64,000 nt of DNA. Origin: Pristiophorus japonicus. Taxonomy: Eukaryota. The stretch spans positions 3,720,001-3,784,000 of the forward strand of contig NC_092007.1 in NCBI RefSeq assembly GCF_044704955.1, given 5' to 3'. Positions 9,240 through 21,205 of this stretch are shown one piece after another. Positions within the stretch are counted from its first letter, which is position 1. Every line of letters starts with the position of its first letter. A program made the translations under genes and the position numbers. The notes under the pieces were generated by a model. It saw only the letters and a list, made by a program, of their open reading frames with translations. It had not been told where the DNA came from and made no database searches.

Positions 9240-12208
9240 GAAAGTGTTAAATGTTGGTGTTGGGAGAAATTGACGTGTCCTCGTACAGGAAACACAGGGA
9301 GTTAGTGGCAGGAACAGCCAGCAATTAGGGAGGCAAATGGCATGTTTGCCTTTATTGTAAGTGGAATGAAGTCGAAGAGTAAAGGGGGCCGAAATTCAGC
9401 CTCCCGAAAAGGCCCCTTACCGGGGGAGTGGAGCGGCCATGGATTTGCAGCCGATTGACAGCCGCCAGCCAAATTCACCGCGGGGGGATTTTCCGGCGGT
9501 CCCCACTTCTGCCGACCATCCTAAATGTGTCATCAATGGGCGCACCGCCGATCTCCGTATCTCCGGCCGAATTCACCTGTGACATTCTCCGTCCGGCCGT
9601 GCGGTGCCCCCGACAGCTTTGTGAGGAAGGATATACCTGCCTTGGAAGTGGTGCAACGGAGGTTCACCAGACTGATTCCTGGGATGAGAGGGTTGTCTTA
9701 TGAGGAGTGATTGAGCAGAATGGGCCCATACTCTCCGGAGTTTAGAAGAATGAAACAGAGAAAATAGGTGCAGGAGTAGGCCATTCGGCCCTTCGAGCCT
9801 GCACCGCCATTCAATATGGTCATGGCAGATCAACTTCAGTACCCCACTCCTGCTTTCTCTCCATACCCCTTGATCCCTTTAGCCATAAGGGCCACATCTA
9901 ACTCCCTTTTGAATATGTCCAACGAACTGGACTCAACAACTTTCTGCGGTAGAGAATTCCACAGGTTCACAATTCTCTGGGTGAAAAAGTTTCTCCTCAT
10001 CTCGGCCCTAGATGGCTTACCCCTTATCCTTAGACTGTGACCCTTGGTTCTGGACTTTCCCAACATCGGGAACATTCTTCCTGCATCTAACCTGTCCAGT
10101 CCCGTCATAATTTTATATGTTTCTATGAGATCCCCTCTCATTCTTCTAAACTCCAATAAGCCTAGTCGATCCAGTCTTTCTTCATATGTCAGTCCTGCCA
10201 TTCCGGGAATCAGTCTGGTGAACCTTCGCTGCACTCCCTCAATTGGAAGAATGTCCTTCCTCAGATTAAGAGACCAAACTGAACACAATATTCCAGGTGA
10301 GGTCTCACCAAGGCCCTGTACAACTGCAGTAAGACCTCCCTGCTCCTATACTCAAATCCCCTCGCTATGAAGGCCAGCATGCCATTTGCTTTCTTTACTG
10401 CCTGCTGTACCTGCATGCCGACTTTCAGTGACTGATGTACCATGACACCCAGGTCACGTTGCACCTCCCCTTTTACTCATCTGTCACCATTCAGATAATA
10501 ATCTGCCTTCCTGTTTTTGCCTCTAAAGTGGATAACCTCAAATTTATCCACATTATATTGCATCTGCCATGCATTTGCCCATTCACCTAACCTGTCCAAG
10601 TCAACCTGCAGCTTCCTAGCATCCTCCTCACAGCCCACACTGTCACCCAGCTTAGTGTCATCTGCAAACTTGGAGATATTACATTCAATTCCTTCGTCCA
10701 AATCATTAATGTATATTGTAAATAGCTTGGGTCCCAGCACTGAACCTTGCGGCACCCCACTAGTCACTGCCTGCCATTCTGAAAAGGGCCCTTTTATTCC
10801 CACTCTTTGCTTCCTGTCTGCCAACCAGTTCTCTATCCACGTCAGTACATTACCCCCAATACCATGTGCCTTAATTTTGCACACTAATCTCTTGTGTGGG
10901 ACCTTGTCAAAAGCCTTTTGAAAGTCCAAATACACCACATCCACTGGTTCTCCCTTGTCCACTCTACTAGTTACATCCTCAAAAAACTATAGAAGATTTG
11001 TCAAGCATGATTTCCCTTTCATATATCCATGCTGACTTGGACCGATCCTGTCACTGCTTTCCAAATGCGCTGCTATTACATCTTTAATCAGTGATTCCAA
11101 CATTTTCCCCACCACCAATTCTCTGTTTTCTCTCTTCCCTCCTTTTTTAAAAAGTGGGGTTACATTAACTACCCTCCAATCCATAGGTACTGATCCAGAG
11201 TCCATGGAATTTTGGAAAATGACCACCAATGCATCTATTATTCCTAGGGCCACTTCCTTAAGTACTCTGAGATGCAGACTATCAGCCCCTGGGGATTTAT
11301 CGGCCTTCAGTCCCATTGGTTTCCCTAACACCATTTCCTGACTAATAAGGATTTCCCTCAGTTCCTCCTTCTTGCTAGACCCTCAGTCCCCTAGTATTTT
11401 CGAGAGGTTATTCGTGTCTTCCTCAGGGAAGACAGAACCAAAGTATTTGTTCAATTGTCTGCCATTTCTTTGTTCCCCATTATGAATTCACCTGTTTCTG
11501 ACTGCAAGGGACCTACATTCGTCTTCACTAATCTTTTTCTCTTCACATATCTATAGAAGCTTTTGCAGTCAGTTTTTATGTTCCCTGCAAGCTTACTCAT
11601 AATCTATTTCCCCCCTCCTAATTAAACCCTTAGTCCTCCTCTGCTGAGTTTTAAATTTCTCCCAGTCCTCAGGTTTGCTGCTTTTTCTGGCCAATTTATA
11701 TGCCTCTTCCTTGGATTTAACACTATCACTAATTTCCCTTGTTAGCCACGGTTGAGCCACCTTTCCTGCTTTATTTTTACGCCAGACAGGGATGTACAAT
11801 AGTTGTAATTCATCCATGTGATCTTTAAATGAGAAGAGATCTGATTGAAACATACAAGATTCTGAGGGGGATTGACAGGGTAGATGCTGAGAGGATGTTT
11901 CCCGGGGCTGGAGAGTCTAGAACCAGGGGACACAGTCTCAGGATAAGGAGTCAGCCATTTAGGACTGAGATGAGGAGAATTTTCTTCACTCAGAGGGTGG
12001 TGAATCTTTGGAATTCTCTGCCCCAGTGGGCTGTGGAGGCTCAGGACTGAGATCGATAGATTTTTGGATATTAAAGTAATCGAGGGATATGGGGATCGGG
12101 CGGGAAAGTGGAGTTGAGGTCGAAGATCAGCCGTGATCTCATTGAATGGCGGAGCAGGCTTGAGGGGCTGAATGGCTGACTCCTACTCCTAATTCTTATG
12201 TTCTCTTA
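9240..12208 (+). mobile_element. CR1 3' part, interrupted by a GC-rich insert (about 9385-9615) and an antisense CR1
   Basis: RKDIPALEVVQRRFTRLIPGM... stops at gaagaatga and resumes at 11828 with MRRDLIETYKIL and a TTCTTATG tail. Confidence 0.8.
9754..11827 (-). mobile_element. 5'-truncated CR1 (HER1-like) LINE
   Basis: RT motifs DFQKAFDKV, GVPQGSVLGP, FADDTKL; candidate TSD AATGA (9749-9753 / 11828-11832). Confidence 0.92.
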
Positions 12209-12258
12209 TGTTTTGGGATTTAATATTCAGTCCCGTGTCTGTGCCTGTCCCATTGCAG

Positions 12259-12561
12259 ATACACTCCCAAGGGCCGGTATTTCCATCGATCCGGAATCTG
12301 GTGTGGTGGGCTGAGGGAAGCCCTTTCACATTACCTGCACAAGCCCCGTGCTCCTCCGCTCGGGGGGCCGGTTTGTCTTATACCGAAATGGCACGGAGAA
12401 TCCCACAGAGGCTCAGGATGTGTCTGGATCTGACCACTCGGCCTTCTTCCCCCTCACGGGCAACAACCAGACCCGGAACTACACCTGTGCCTACGGAAGG
12501 ACGGTCAAAGGGAGAGTGTATCTCTCGCCCCGCAGTGTCACGCTGCAGGTAACAGTGACAG
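12259..12561 (+). pseudogene. Second Ig C2-type exon of the LRC-like receptor, with in-frame TGA at 12312-12314
   Basis: ttgcag acceptor, 303 bp phase 1/1, gtgag donor. DTLPRAGISIDPESGVVG*GKPFHITC...FVLYRNG...NYTCAY...SPRSVTLQVTVTG. Confidence 0.85.
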
Positions 12562-12585
12562 GTGAGCCCCACTTCATGCATTGAT

Positions 12586-14116
12586 GGGAAAGGACAGGAT
12601 TACAGAGTGAGTGTGTACACATGGGGGAAGGTTAGAGAGGATTACAGAGTGAGTGTGTACACGTGGGGGGAAGGTTAGAGAGGATTACAGAGTGAGTGTG
12701 TACACGTGGGGGGAAGGTTAGACAGGATTACAGAGTGAGTGTGTACACGTGAGGGGAAGATTAGAGAGGATTACAGAGTGAGTGTGTACACGTGGGGGGA
12801 AGGTTAGAGAGGATTACAGAGTGAGTGTGTACACGTGAGGGGAAGGTTAGACAGGATTACAGAGTGAATGTGTACACGTGAGGGGAAGGTTAGACAGGAT
12901 TACAGAGTGAGTGTGTACACGTGACGGGAAGGTTAGACAGGATTACAGAGTGAGTGTATACACGTGAGGGGAAGGTTAGACAGGATTACAGAGTGAGTGT
13001 ATACACATGAGGGGAAGGTTAGAGAGGATTACAGAGTGAGTGTGTACACGTGGGGGGAAGGTTTGACAGGATTACAGAGTGAGTGTGTACACATGAGGGG
13101 AAGGGTAGAGAGGATTACAGAGTGAGTGTGTACACGTGAGGGGAAGATTAGACAGGATTACAGAGTGAATGTATACACGTGAGGGGAAGGTTAGACAGGA
13201 TTACAGAGTGAGTGTATACACGTGAGGGAAAGGTTAGAGAGGATTACAGAGTGAGTGTGTACACGTGGGGGGAAGGTTAGACAGGATTATAGAGTGCGTG
13301 TGTACATGTGGGGGAAAGGTGAGACAGGATTACACTGTGAGTGTGTACTCGTGGGGGAAAGGTTAGACAGGATTACAGAGTGAGTGTGTACATGTGGGGG
13401 GAAGATTAGACAGGATTACAGAGTGAGTGTGTATACGTGAGGGGAAGTTTAGACAGGATTACACAGTGAGTGTGTATACGTGAGGGAAAGGTTAGAGAGG
13501 ATTACAGAGTGAGTGTGTACACGTGAGGGGAAGTTTAGACAGGATTATACAATGAGTGTGTACACGTGGGGGAAAGGTTAGGCAAGATTACAGAGTGAGT
13601 GTGTACACATGGGGGAAAGGTGAGACAGGATTACAGAGTGAGTGTGTACACATGGGGGGAAGGTTAGACAGGATGACAGAGTGAGTGTGTACACGTGGGG
13701 GGAAGGTTAGAGACGACTACAGAATGAGTGTGTACACGTGGGGGGAAGGTTAGAGAGGATTACACAGTGAGTGTGTACACGTGAGGGGAAGGTTAGACAG
13801 GATTACGCAGTGAGTGTGTACACGTGGGGGGAAGGTTGGAGAGGATTACAGAGTGAGTGTGTACATGTGGGGGGAAGGTTAGACAGGATTACACTGTGAG
13901 TGTGTACATGTGGGGGAAAGATTAGACAGGATTACAGAGTGAGTGTGTACACGTGGGGGGAAGGTTAGAGAGGATTACACAGTGAGTGTGTACACGTGAG
14001 AGGAAGGTTAGAGAGGATTACAGAGTGAGTGTGTACACGTGGGGGGAAGGTTAGACAAGATTACAGAGTGAGTGTGTACACGTGGGGGAAAGGTTAAACA
14101 GGATTACAGAGTGAGC
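12586..14116. repeat. 43-bp minisatellite, about 35 copies
   Basis: Unit GTGTACACGTGGGGGGAAGGTTAGAGAGGATTACAGAGTGAGT. Confidence 0.97.
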
Positions 14117-14186
14117 CAATCATTGTATCTGCCGTGAGGTGCAGGAATATTACCCATCAACGTTCTCTCTTTCTATAACCCTCTAG

Positions 14187-14392
14187 GAACTTACACACCT
14201 TCAGTTTTAATCCCAATCTGCGTGTGTCTCACCGCATGTGTCCTGTTAGCTACTCTGATTATCCTGGGGATCGAGTGCAGAGCTGTAAAGACCAAGAAAG
14301 GTCATGCCGGTACGATTCCGGAGTTGCTGAACCTCCGCAATTGTTCCTCTGGGAATAAAGTCAGAAGGGAAGTGATGTTGCTTTTGCCATAG
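14187..14392 (+). CDS. Transmembrane exon of the LRC-like receptor (3' end uncertain)
   Basis: Pyrimidine tract + ctctag acceptor; phase 1 gives GTYTPSVLIPICVCLTACVLLATLIILGIECRAVKTKK..., stop at 14390-14392 if unspliced. Confidence 0.7.
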
Positions 14393-14659
14393 TGCTGTAA
14401 ATATGTATTTGTTTTCTCATTATAAAGTATGGACACTCTAACTAAAGGCTGACCCAGTGTCGAGAATCAGAGTGCGTACAATGTTCCCCTTCACCATATA
14501 ACGCCGAAATCCGGCATATTATTCCCTCACTGATCCTCAGTGCAAGGGAGGGGGCAGTAAAGGCAGCAAAGGGGGGAGGCTTGAGGGGGAACCTCACAAA
14601 ACATGACCCAGTGGTGAATAACGACAGCATGAAACACCGTCAGATCGGACAATCCCAAA

Positions 14660-15860
14660 TTCAGGAGAAAGTTGTGATGAACCTGTATAAAACACTGGTT
14701 CGTCCCTAACTGGAGCATTGTGTCCAATTCTGGGCAGCACACTTTAGGAAGAATGTGAAGGCCTTAGAGAGGGTGCAGAGCAAGGTTTACAAGAATGGTC
14801 CCAGGGATGAGGGACTTTAGTGACGTGGAGAGACTGGAGAAGCTGGGGTTGTTCTCCTTAGAGCAGAGAAGGTTAAGGGGAGATTAAGAACATAAGAAAT
14901 AGGAGCCTGCTCCGCCATTTAATATGATCATGGTTGATCCGATCATGGACTCAGGTCCACTTCCCTGCCCGATCCCCATAACCCCTTATCAGTTAAGAAA
15001 CTGTCTATTTCTGTCTTAAATTTATTCAATGACCCAGCTTCCCCAGCTCTCTGAGGCAGCGAATTCCAGTTTTACAACCCTGTGAGAGAAGAAATTCCTC
15101 CTCATCTCAGTTTTAAATGGCGGTCCTTATTCTAAGATCATGCCCTCTAGTTCTAGTCTCCCCCATCAGTGGAAACATCCTCTCTGCATCCACCTTGTCA
15201 AGTCCCCTCATAATCTTATACATTTCGATAAGATCACCTCTCATTCTTCTGAATTCCAATGAGTAGAGGCCTCTGGGGTAGAGAATTCCAAAGATTCACC
15301 ACTCTCTGAGTGAAGATGTTTCTCCTCATCTCCGTCCTAAATGACCGACCCTTTATCCTGAGACTGTGACCCCTGGTTCTAGACTCCCCAGCCCCAGGAA
15401 ACATCCTCCCTGATTCTACCCTGCCAAGCACTGTAAGAATTATGCCTGTTTCAATGAGATCACCTCTCATTCTTCTAAACGCTAGAGAATATCGGCCTAG
15501 TCTGCTCAATCTCTCCTCATAGGGCAATCCCCCCATCCCAGGAATCAGTCTGGTGAACCTTTGTTGCACTCCCTCTATGGCAAGTATATCCTTCCTTAGG
15601 TAAGGAGACCAAAATTGCGCACAATACTCCAGGTGTGGTCTCACCAGGGCCCTGTATATTTCCAGTAAGATGTCTTTAGTCTTATACTCAAATCCTCTTG
15701 TAATAAAGGCCAACATACCATTTGCTTTCCTAATTGTTTGCTGTACCTGCAGGTTAACTTTCAGTGATTGGTGTACAAGGACATCCAGGTCCCTCTGAAC
15801 ACCAAAATTTCCCAATCTCCCACCGTTTAAAAAATACTCTGCTTTTCTATTTCTATTCTA
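14660..15860. mobile_element. Patchwork of CR1 3' fragments (14660-14885 +, 14886-15265 -, 15265-15860 -)
   Basis: LVRPHLEYC, RRMRGDLIET motifs and AAGAACAT tails. Confidence 0.85.
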
Positions 15861-18800
15861 AGCGGCAGTATTATACCACTAGAACCCCTCAATGGTGGTC
15901 TCTGGACCTGCCGCAGGCACCTTATCACGTGACCCTAGCATACGATCTCAGTGGAAAGAATCAGGACCTGCAGAACTTTTATCAGGATCACGAAGGGGAA
16001 GTGAAGGAAATTCTATTAAGGGCTAGAGTGACTGGACCAGAATGGAAGGCAGATTTTGTGGAAATGGATAAGAATCTGTGGAGACAGCAACCAACAGTGG
16101 CACCACATATTACTCGTGAAGTATTATCTCCCCACCACACTAAAGATTTAGGAGTTATGGTGTGCCAGGCTATAGACGAGGCTGACCCTACCAGCAGGGA
16201 TTTGCAGATTGTAAAACATGACCGAACAGTCCAATTCCACGGGGACCCCGAGAATGTCTTAACGACTCTGCAGCATCATACTGGCACTGACATACCTGAC
16301 TATGTGGATCCTCATGTGTGGGCAGAGGACCCCTCCCAAGTGGGTTATACTCCCATTGATCCGATTGAGATCCCAGTGCAGGGCAATGTGGACTGGCCCT
16401 CTATCCGACAGTACCTACTGAAACCATAGGCAATACCAAGTATCCACCAACTGATTAAGGGGCTAGTGGAACAGGGGATTTTGGTCCAATGCCAGTCCCC
16501 GTGTAATACTCCTATACTGGCAGTCCCGAAGCCAGGCAAGCCAAATGAATACTGTTTAGTTCAAGACCTTCGAGCTATCAATGCTATCGTCCAGCCCCTA
16601 CACGCTCTGGTTCCCAACCCAGCACAGATACTGTCATTAATCCCAGCAAACGCCAAGATCTTCGCTATAATAGACCTTCAACATGCCTTCTTCACTTTGC
16701 CACTAGCCCAGGCAAGTCAGTACCTATTCGCCTTCACTTACCAGGGACAGCAATATACCTGGACTAGACTTCCCCAAGGGTTCATCCACTCCCCGACCTT
16801 ATTCTCAAGGTGCCTGCAGAAACAGTTACAGTCCCTCACGCTGACTAAGGGATGCACTTTGATTCAGTATGTGGACGATTTACTGGTTGCCAGCGCAGAT
16901 GAACCAAGTAATCAGGAGAATGCTAATCAGTTACTGAATTACTTGTCCTCCCTGGGATACATAGTTTCCCCATCAAAGGTCAAAATTGGCCAGTCTCAAG
17001 TCAAGTTCCTTGGGATAATTCTATCAGGCACCCACCGAGCTTTGGAGGCTAGCCGAGTCGAACCAATTTGCCAGTTTCCAGTCCCTAGCACAGCTAAACA
17101 AATGCGGCAGTGGTTGGGGATGATCAATTACTGCAGATCCTGGATCCCTAATGTTGCCCTGATGACTAAGCACCTCACACCGTATACAAATAAGGAAGGC
17201 AGCTTTGAAATAAAAGCCGCAGATGTCCAAGCCTTTAAGGAACTAAAGACAGCCCTGCTGCAAGCTCCGGCTTTGGGCCGGCTTCTCTATGACCGGCCCT
17301 TTCAATTGTATTGTACAATCCTCAGAAACACGGGGATAAGCATAGGCCTGTTGCCTACTACTCTTCCAAAATAGACCCCGTTGCCTTGGGGCACCCTGTA
17401 TGTACTCAAATATTAACCGCCATCTACAATAGCCTCCAATCAGCTGCCAACATTACCCTCCAGCAGGATATTGTTGTGTACACCTCTCACTCCGTTGCTG
17501 CCCTCCTGAGCCAACTGCCGACTCAACACCTTACCATGGCCAGACAAAGCAGATATGAGATCTACTTACTAAATAATCCAAAGCTGACCTTTCGGCACTG
17601 TACTGCCATTAATCCGGCCTGTTTTCTTACTGAGCCACCCCAAGATGAGGAAGAACCCAGTCATGGTTGTTTATCTTTAATTCAAGAGGCCTCATCGGTC
17701 AGGGAAGATTTAGTTGATGTACCAATGGATGACCCAGACTGTATTATGTATGTTGACGGAAGTTTTTCTATTAATCGAGAAGGTACACGAATCTCAGGAT
17801 ACGCCATAGTAAACCAGGAGAATCAGGTCTTGGAATCTGCCGCCTTTGAAACCGCCTATTCTGCCCAACAAGCTGAACTATTCACCCTCACCCGAGCCTG
17901 TATCTTGGCCAAAGACCTCAAAGTCAATATCTATACCGACTCTAGGTATGCCTTTGGGGTAGCCCATGATTTTGGACAATTATGGAAAAATAGGGGATTC
18001 CTAACCTCACAGGGGAATGAGATATCCCATATGCAACTAGTATCTGATTTGTTGCAAGCCCTCATGCTCCCCAAGCACATTGCCATTGTTAAATGTACCG
18101 CCCAAACCACCGGAAAATCCCCGGTTGATATAGGGAACCACTGTGCTGACAAAGAGGCTAAACAGGCCTCTCGTGAACATCATATGTTAGTGCCCAGAAT
18201 GATGAGTCAGACTAAAATTCCTGCGAAGGATAAGTTAGCCTCGGAAAAACCAATGCCAACCATCCAAGATGTCATTAAAGCACAGGAGGATGCTCCTGAA
18301 AAAGAAAAACTGTTGTGGAGAAATTATGGATGTACTTATGACAATGTTTCTAAACTCTGGACCACTCCCGCGGAACAGACTTGCTTGTCTGACGAGTTGG
18401 CTCTATGGGTTATTGAATGTATGCATTTTGCTACTCATTGTGGAGCAAGAACCATGAGTGACACACTTTTGGCTACTTGGTGGCACCCTAGACTCCAGGC
18501 GCTCGCCCAGAACATCAGTAGTCGTTGCCTGGTTTGCCAGCAACATAATCCAGGGAAGGGAGTCCCCTGTGATTGGGGTAAAACGCCCTTACCCGAAGGT
18601 CCCTTTGAGACATTGCAATTGGACTATATTGAGTTGCAAAGAATTCAGTGTTACAAATATGTGTTAGTAATAGTAGATATATTTAGCAAATGGATTGAAG
18701 CCTACCCTACCCTGGACAATAAGGCTCAAACTGTTGTTAAGGTGTTAATGAGGGAAATTGTTCCTAGATATGGAATCCCAGCTCGACTGAGTTCTGATAA

Positions 18801-19391
18801 TGGCCCTCACTTTATTGGCCAAGTTAACAAACAATTCTTTTCCCAGATGCGCATTAATCAGCAGCTGCATTGTGCCTACCGACCCCAAGCTGCGGGACTG
18901 GTTGAACGTGCTCATCAAACTCTTAAAACCAAGCTTGCAAAACTGGTAGCATCAACCGGACTCAATTGGCTCAAACTCCTTCCCATAGCCCTATTCCAGA
19001 TTCGAACCACTCCGACCAGCACGGCTAGATTGACACCTGCTGAGGTCATTTATGGTAGGCCCCTTAGGACCCCCTGGAATCAGAATGTCCCCTCCACTGT
19101 CCAATTTCACCACATGACTGAGGAAATGACCACCTATGTTCTTTCTCTGACACAAGCTCTGCGACTAGCTCACAACCAGGTTCGAGAGGCTCACCTCGAC
19201 TCCCAGTTTTACCCGAATCGTCTCTCGTGGTACCAGGGAAGTATGTCCTGATTAAGAAATGGATTCGGAAGGGATTAGAGCCACGATGGGAGGGGCCTTT
19301 TCAGGTGTTACTCACTACCCCCACTACAGCCAATGTTGAGGGGAAAAGTGCCTGGGTTCACCTGCACCACTGCAAGCTCACCACCCTCTAA
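15861..19391 (+). pseudogene. pol: Epsilon-like (class I) ERV pol: 2H-phosphoesterase-like domain, RT, RNase H, integrase
   Basis: IDLQHAFF, LPQGFIHSP, QYVDDLL; YVDGS, SAQQAEL, YTDSRYAFG; LQLDY, SDNGPHF, PQAAGLVER; GPF domain WEGPFQVLLTTPT. Stop at 16427 and frameshifts near 17320 and 19210. Confidence 0.93.
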
Positions 19392-19622
19392 CAAACCTAT
19401 GTTTCTGGTTATTCTAATTCCTGTTTCAGTTCCAGATTTCCTCTTCTCCATTGCTGAACAAGGCCGTCGACATCCTAATTGGAACGTGGACCAGTTTGAA
19501 CTTTTACCCGCAGTGATAGACAGCCAGCTACACTGACGGTGACCTGAGAAGAGAGACGGGAAAACTGAACTCTTTTAATCAGCAAAATAATTGGACTATT
19601 TATTTGAATCCTGAGCCATAAG

Positions 19623-19895
19623 ATGAAACTGTGTCTGTGTGCCACAGTCTGTATAATAGTGTTGATATATGACAGTTTCGGCGCATGGGAGGGGAGACAG
19701 AGGCGAGAAATCCATGTAAACACCTTTTTGTACATGTCTTATGTTTATGCGCAAAATGGGCACTTTTCTAGATGCTGGGTGTGTTCACATATCCCTATAC
19801 ATTCCAAAGGGGGAATTCCTTTGCGCCCCATTCCACTAACCCTAACTGAGACTGTCAGATGGATTCAGAGCCAGACTATCACAAGAGGAGGGGGG
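19623..19895 (+). pseudogene. env: Retroviral env N-terminus, truncated by CR1
   Basis: Signal peptide MKLCLCATVCIIVLIYDSFG, RQRR, then CWVC (CXXC) and GIPLRPIP; lies just after pol and a ttcag acceptor near 19429. Confidence 0.8.
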
Positions 19896-19909
19896 CAATG
19901 CAAATACGA

Positions 19910-20460
19910 CAAATTTTAGTGTCGTCTGCAAACTTCTTAATCATACTCCCTATATTCAAATCTAAATCGTTGATGTATACGACAAAAAGCGAGGGTCCCA
20001 GTACTGAGCCCTGCGGAACCCCACTGGAAACATCCTTCCAGTCACAAAAACAACCATCAACCATTACACTTTGCTTCCTACCTCCAAGTCAATTTCGGAT
20101 CCAACTTGCCACTTTGCCCTGGATCCATTGGGTTTTAATCTTCTTGACCAGTCTACCATGTGGGACCTTATCAGGAGGTTTGCTAAAGTCCATATACACT
20201 GCATCGTATGCACTACCCTCATCAACCCTTTAGGTTACCTCCTCAAAAAAATTCAATCAGGTTAGACAAACAAGATCTTCCCTTAACAAATCCTTGCTGA
20301 CTGTCCCTAATTAATTCCTGCCTTTCCAAATGTAGATTTATCCTGTCTTTCAGGATTTTTTTCAATAATTTTCCCACCACTGAGGTTAGGCTGACATGCC
20401 TATAATTATTCAGCTATCCCTTTCTCCCTTCGTAAACAAATCTAAATCGTTGATATATAC
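19910..20460 (-). mobile_element. CR1 RT fragment
   Basis: SGVPQGSVLGP, FADDTKI. Confidence 0.85.
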
Positions 20461-20559
20461 CAACCTTCTGACTCAGACAAGAGTGCTACCTACTGAGCCA
20501 CGGCAGACAGAATGCTAGGTCTATCGTAAAAGAATGCAAATTCTATTGCCCATCGTAGC

Positions 20560-21205
20560 AACACAGGTTAGCAAGCCATAAAAAAGCAAACCAAGCACTA
20601 TGGGTTATTTCTGGAGGGATTGCATTGAAAGTAGAGAAGTAATGCTAAACCTGTATCAAACCATGGTTAGACCACACTTGGAGCACTGCATACAGTTCTG
20701 GTCACCGTAGTATAAAAAGGATTTAGAGGCACAGGAGAAAGTGCAAAAAATAATAAGGCTAGGTTGATACTAGAAATGAAAGTATATACCTATGAGTAAA
20801 GGATGGACAGGCTGGAATTCTTTTGTCTTGAAAAGAAAAGGCTGAGGGGTTATCTAGTAGGGGTTCTTAAAATTATGAAAGGATTTGATAGAGTAGATAC
20901 AGAGAGAGTGTTTCCAGTTGTGGGGAAGAACAAAACGAGAGGACATCAATATAACATAGTCACCAAGTAATCAAATAGGGAATTCAGAAGGAACTTTGTT
21001 ACCCAGAGAGTGGTGAGAATGTGGAACTTGCCACCATGGGAAGTGGTTGAAGCGAATAGTATCGATGCATTTAAAGGGAGGCTAGATAACCTTATGATAA
21101 GGGAATAGAGCGTTGTGCTCATAGCGTTAGAAGAGGAAAAATGGGAGGCGGCTTGAGTCGAGCATAAACGCCGGTATGGACTGGTTGGGCACAATGACCT
21201 GTGTC
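20560..21205 (+). mobile_element. Old CR1 3' fragment
   Basis: Degenerate VRPHLEHC...FWSP motif and 3' UTR. Confidence 0.75.

Noticed and set aside
12312-12314. TGA as selenocysteine
   Set aside because: Not a Cys position in the Ig fold and no SECIS seen; CpG decay is simpler
12586-14116. CRISPR-like periodic array
   Set aside because: Contiguous tandem units with no unique spacers; eukaryotic intron
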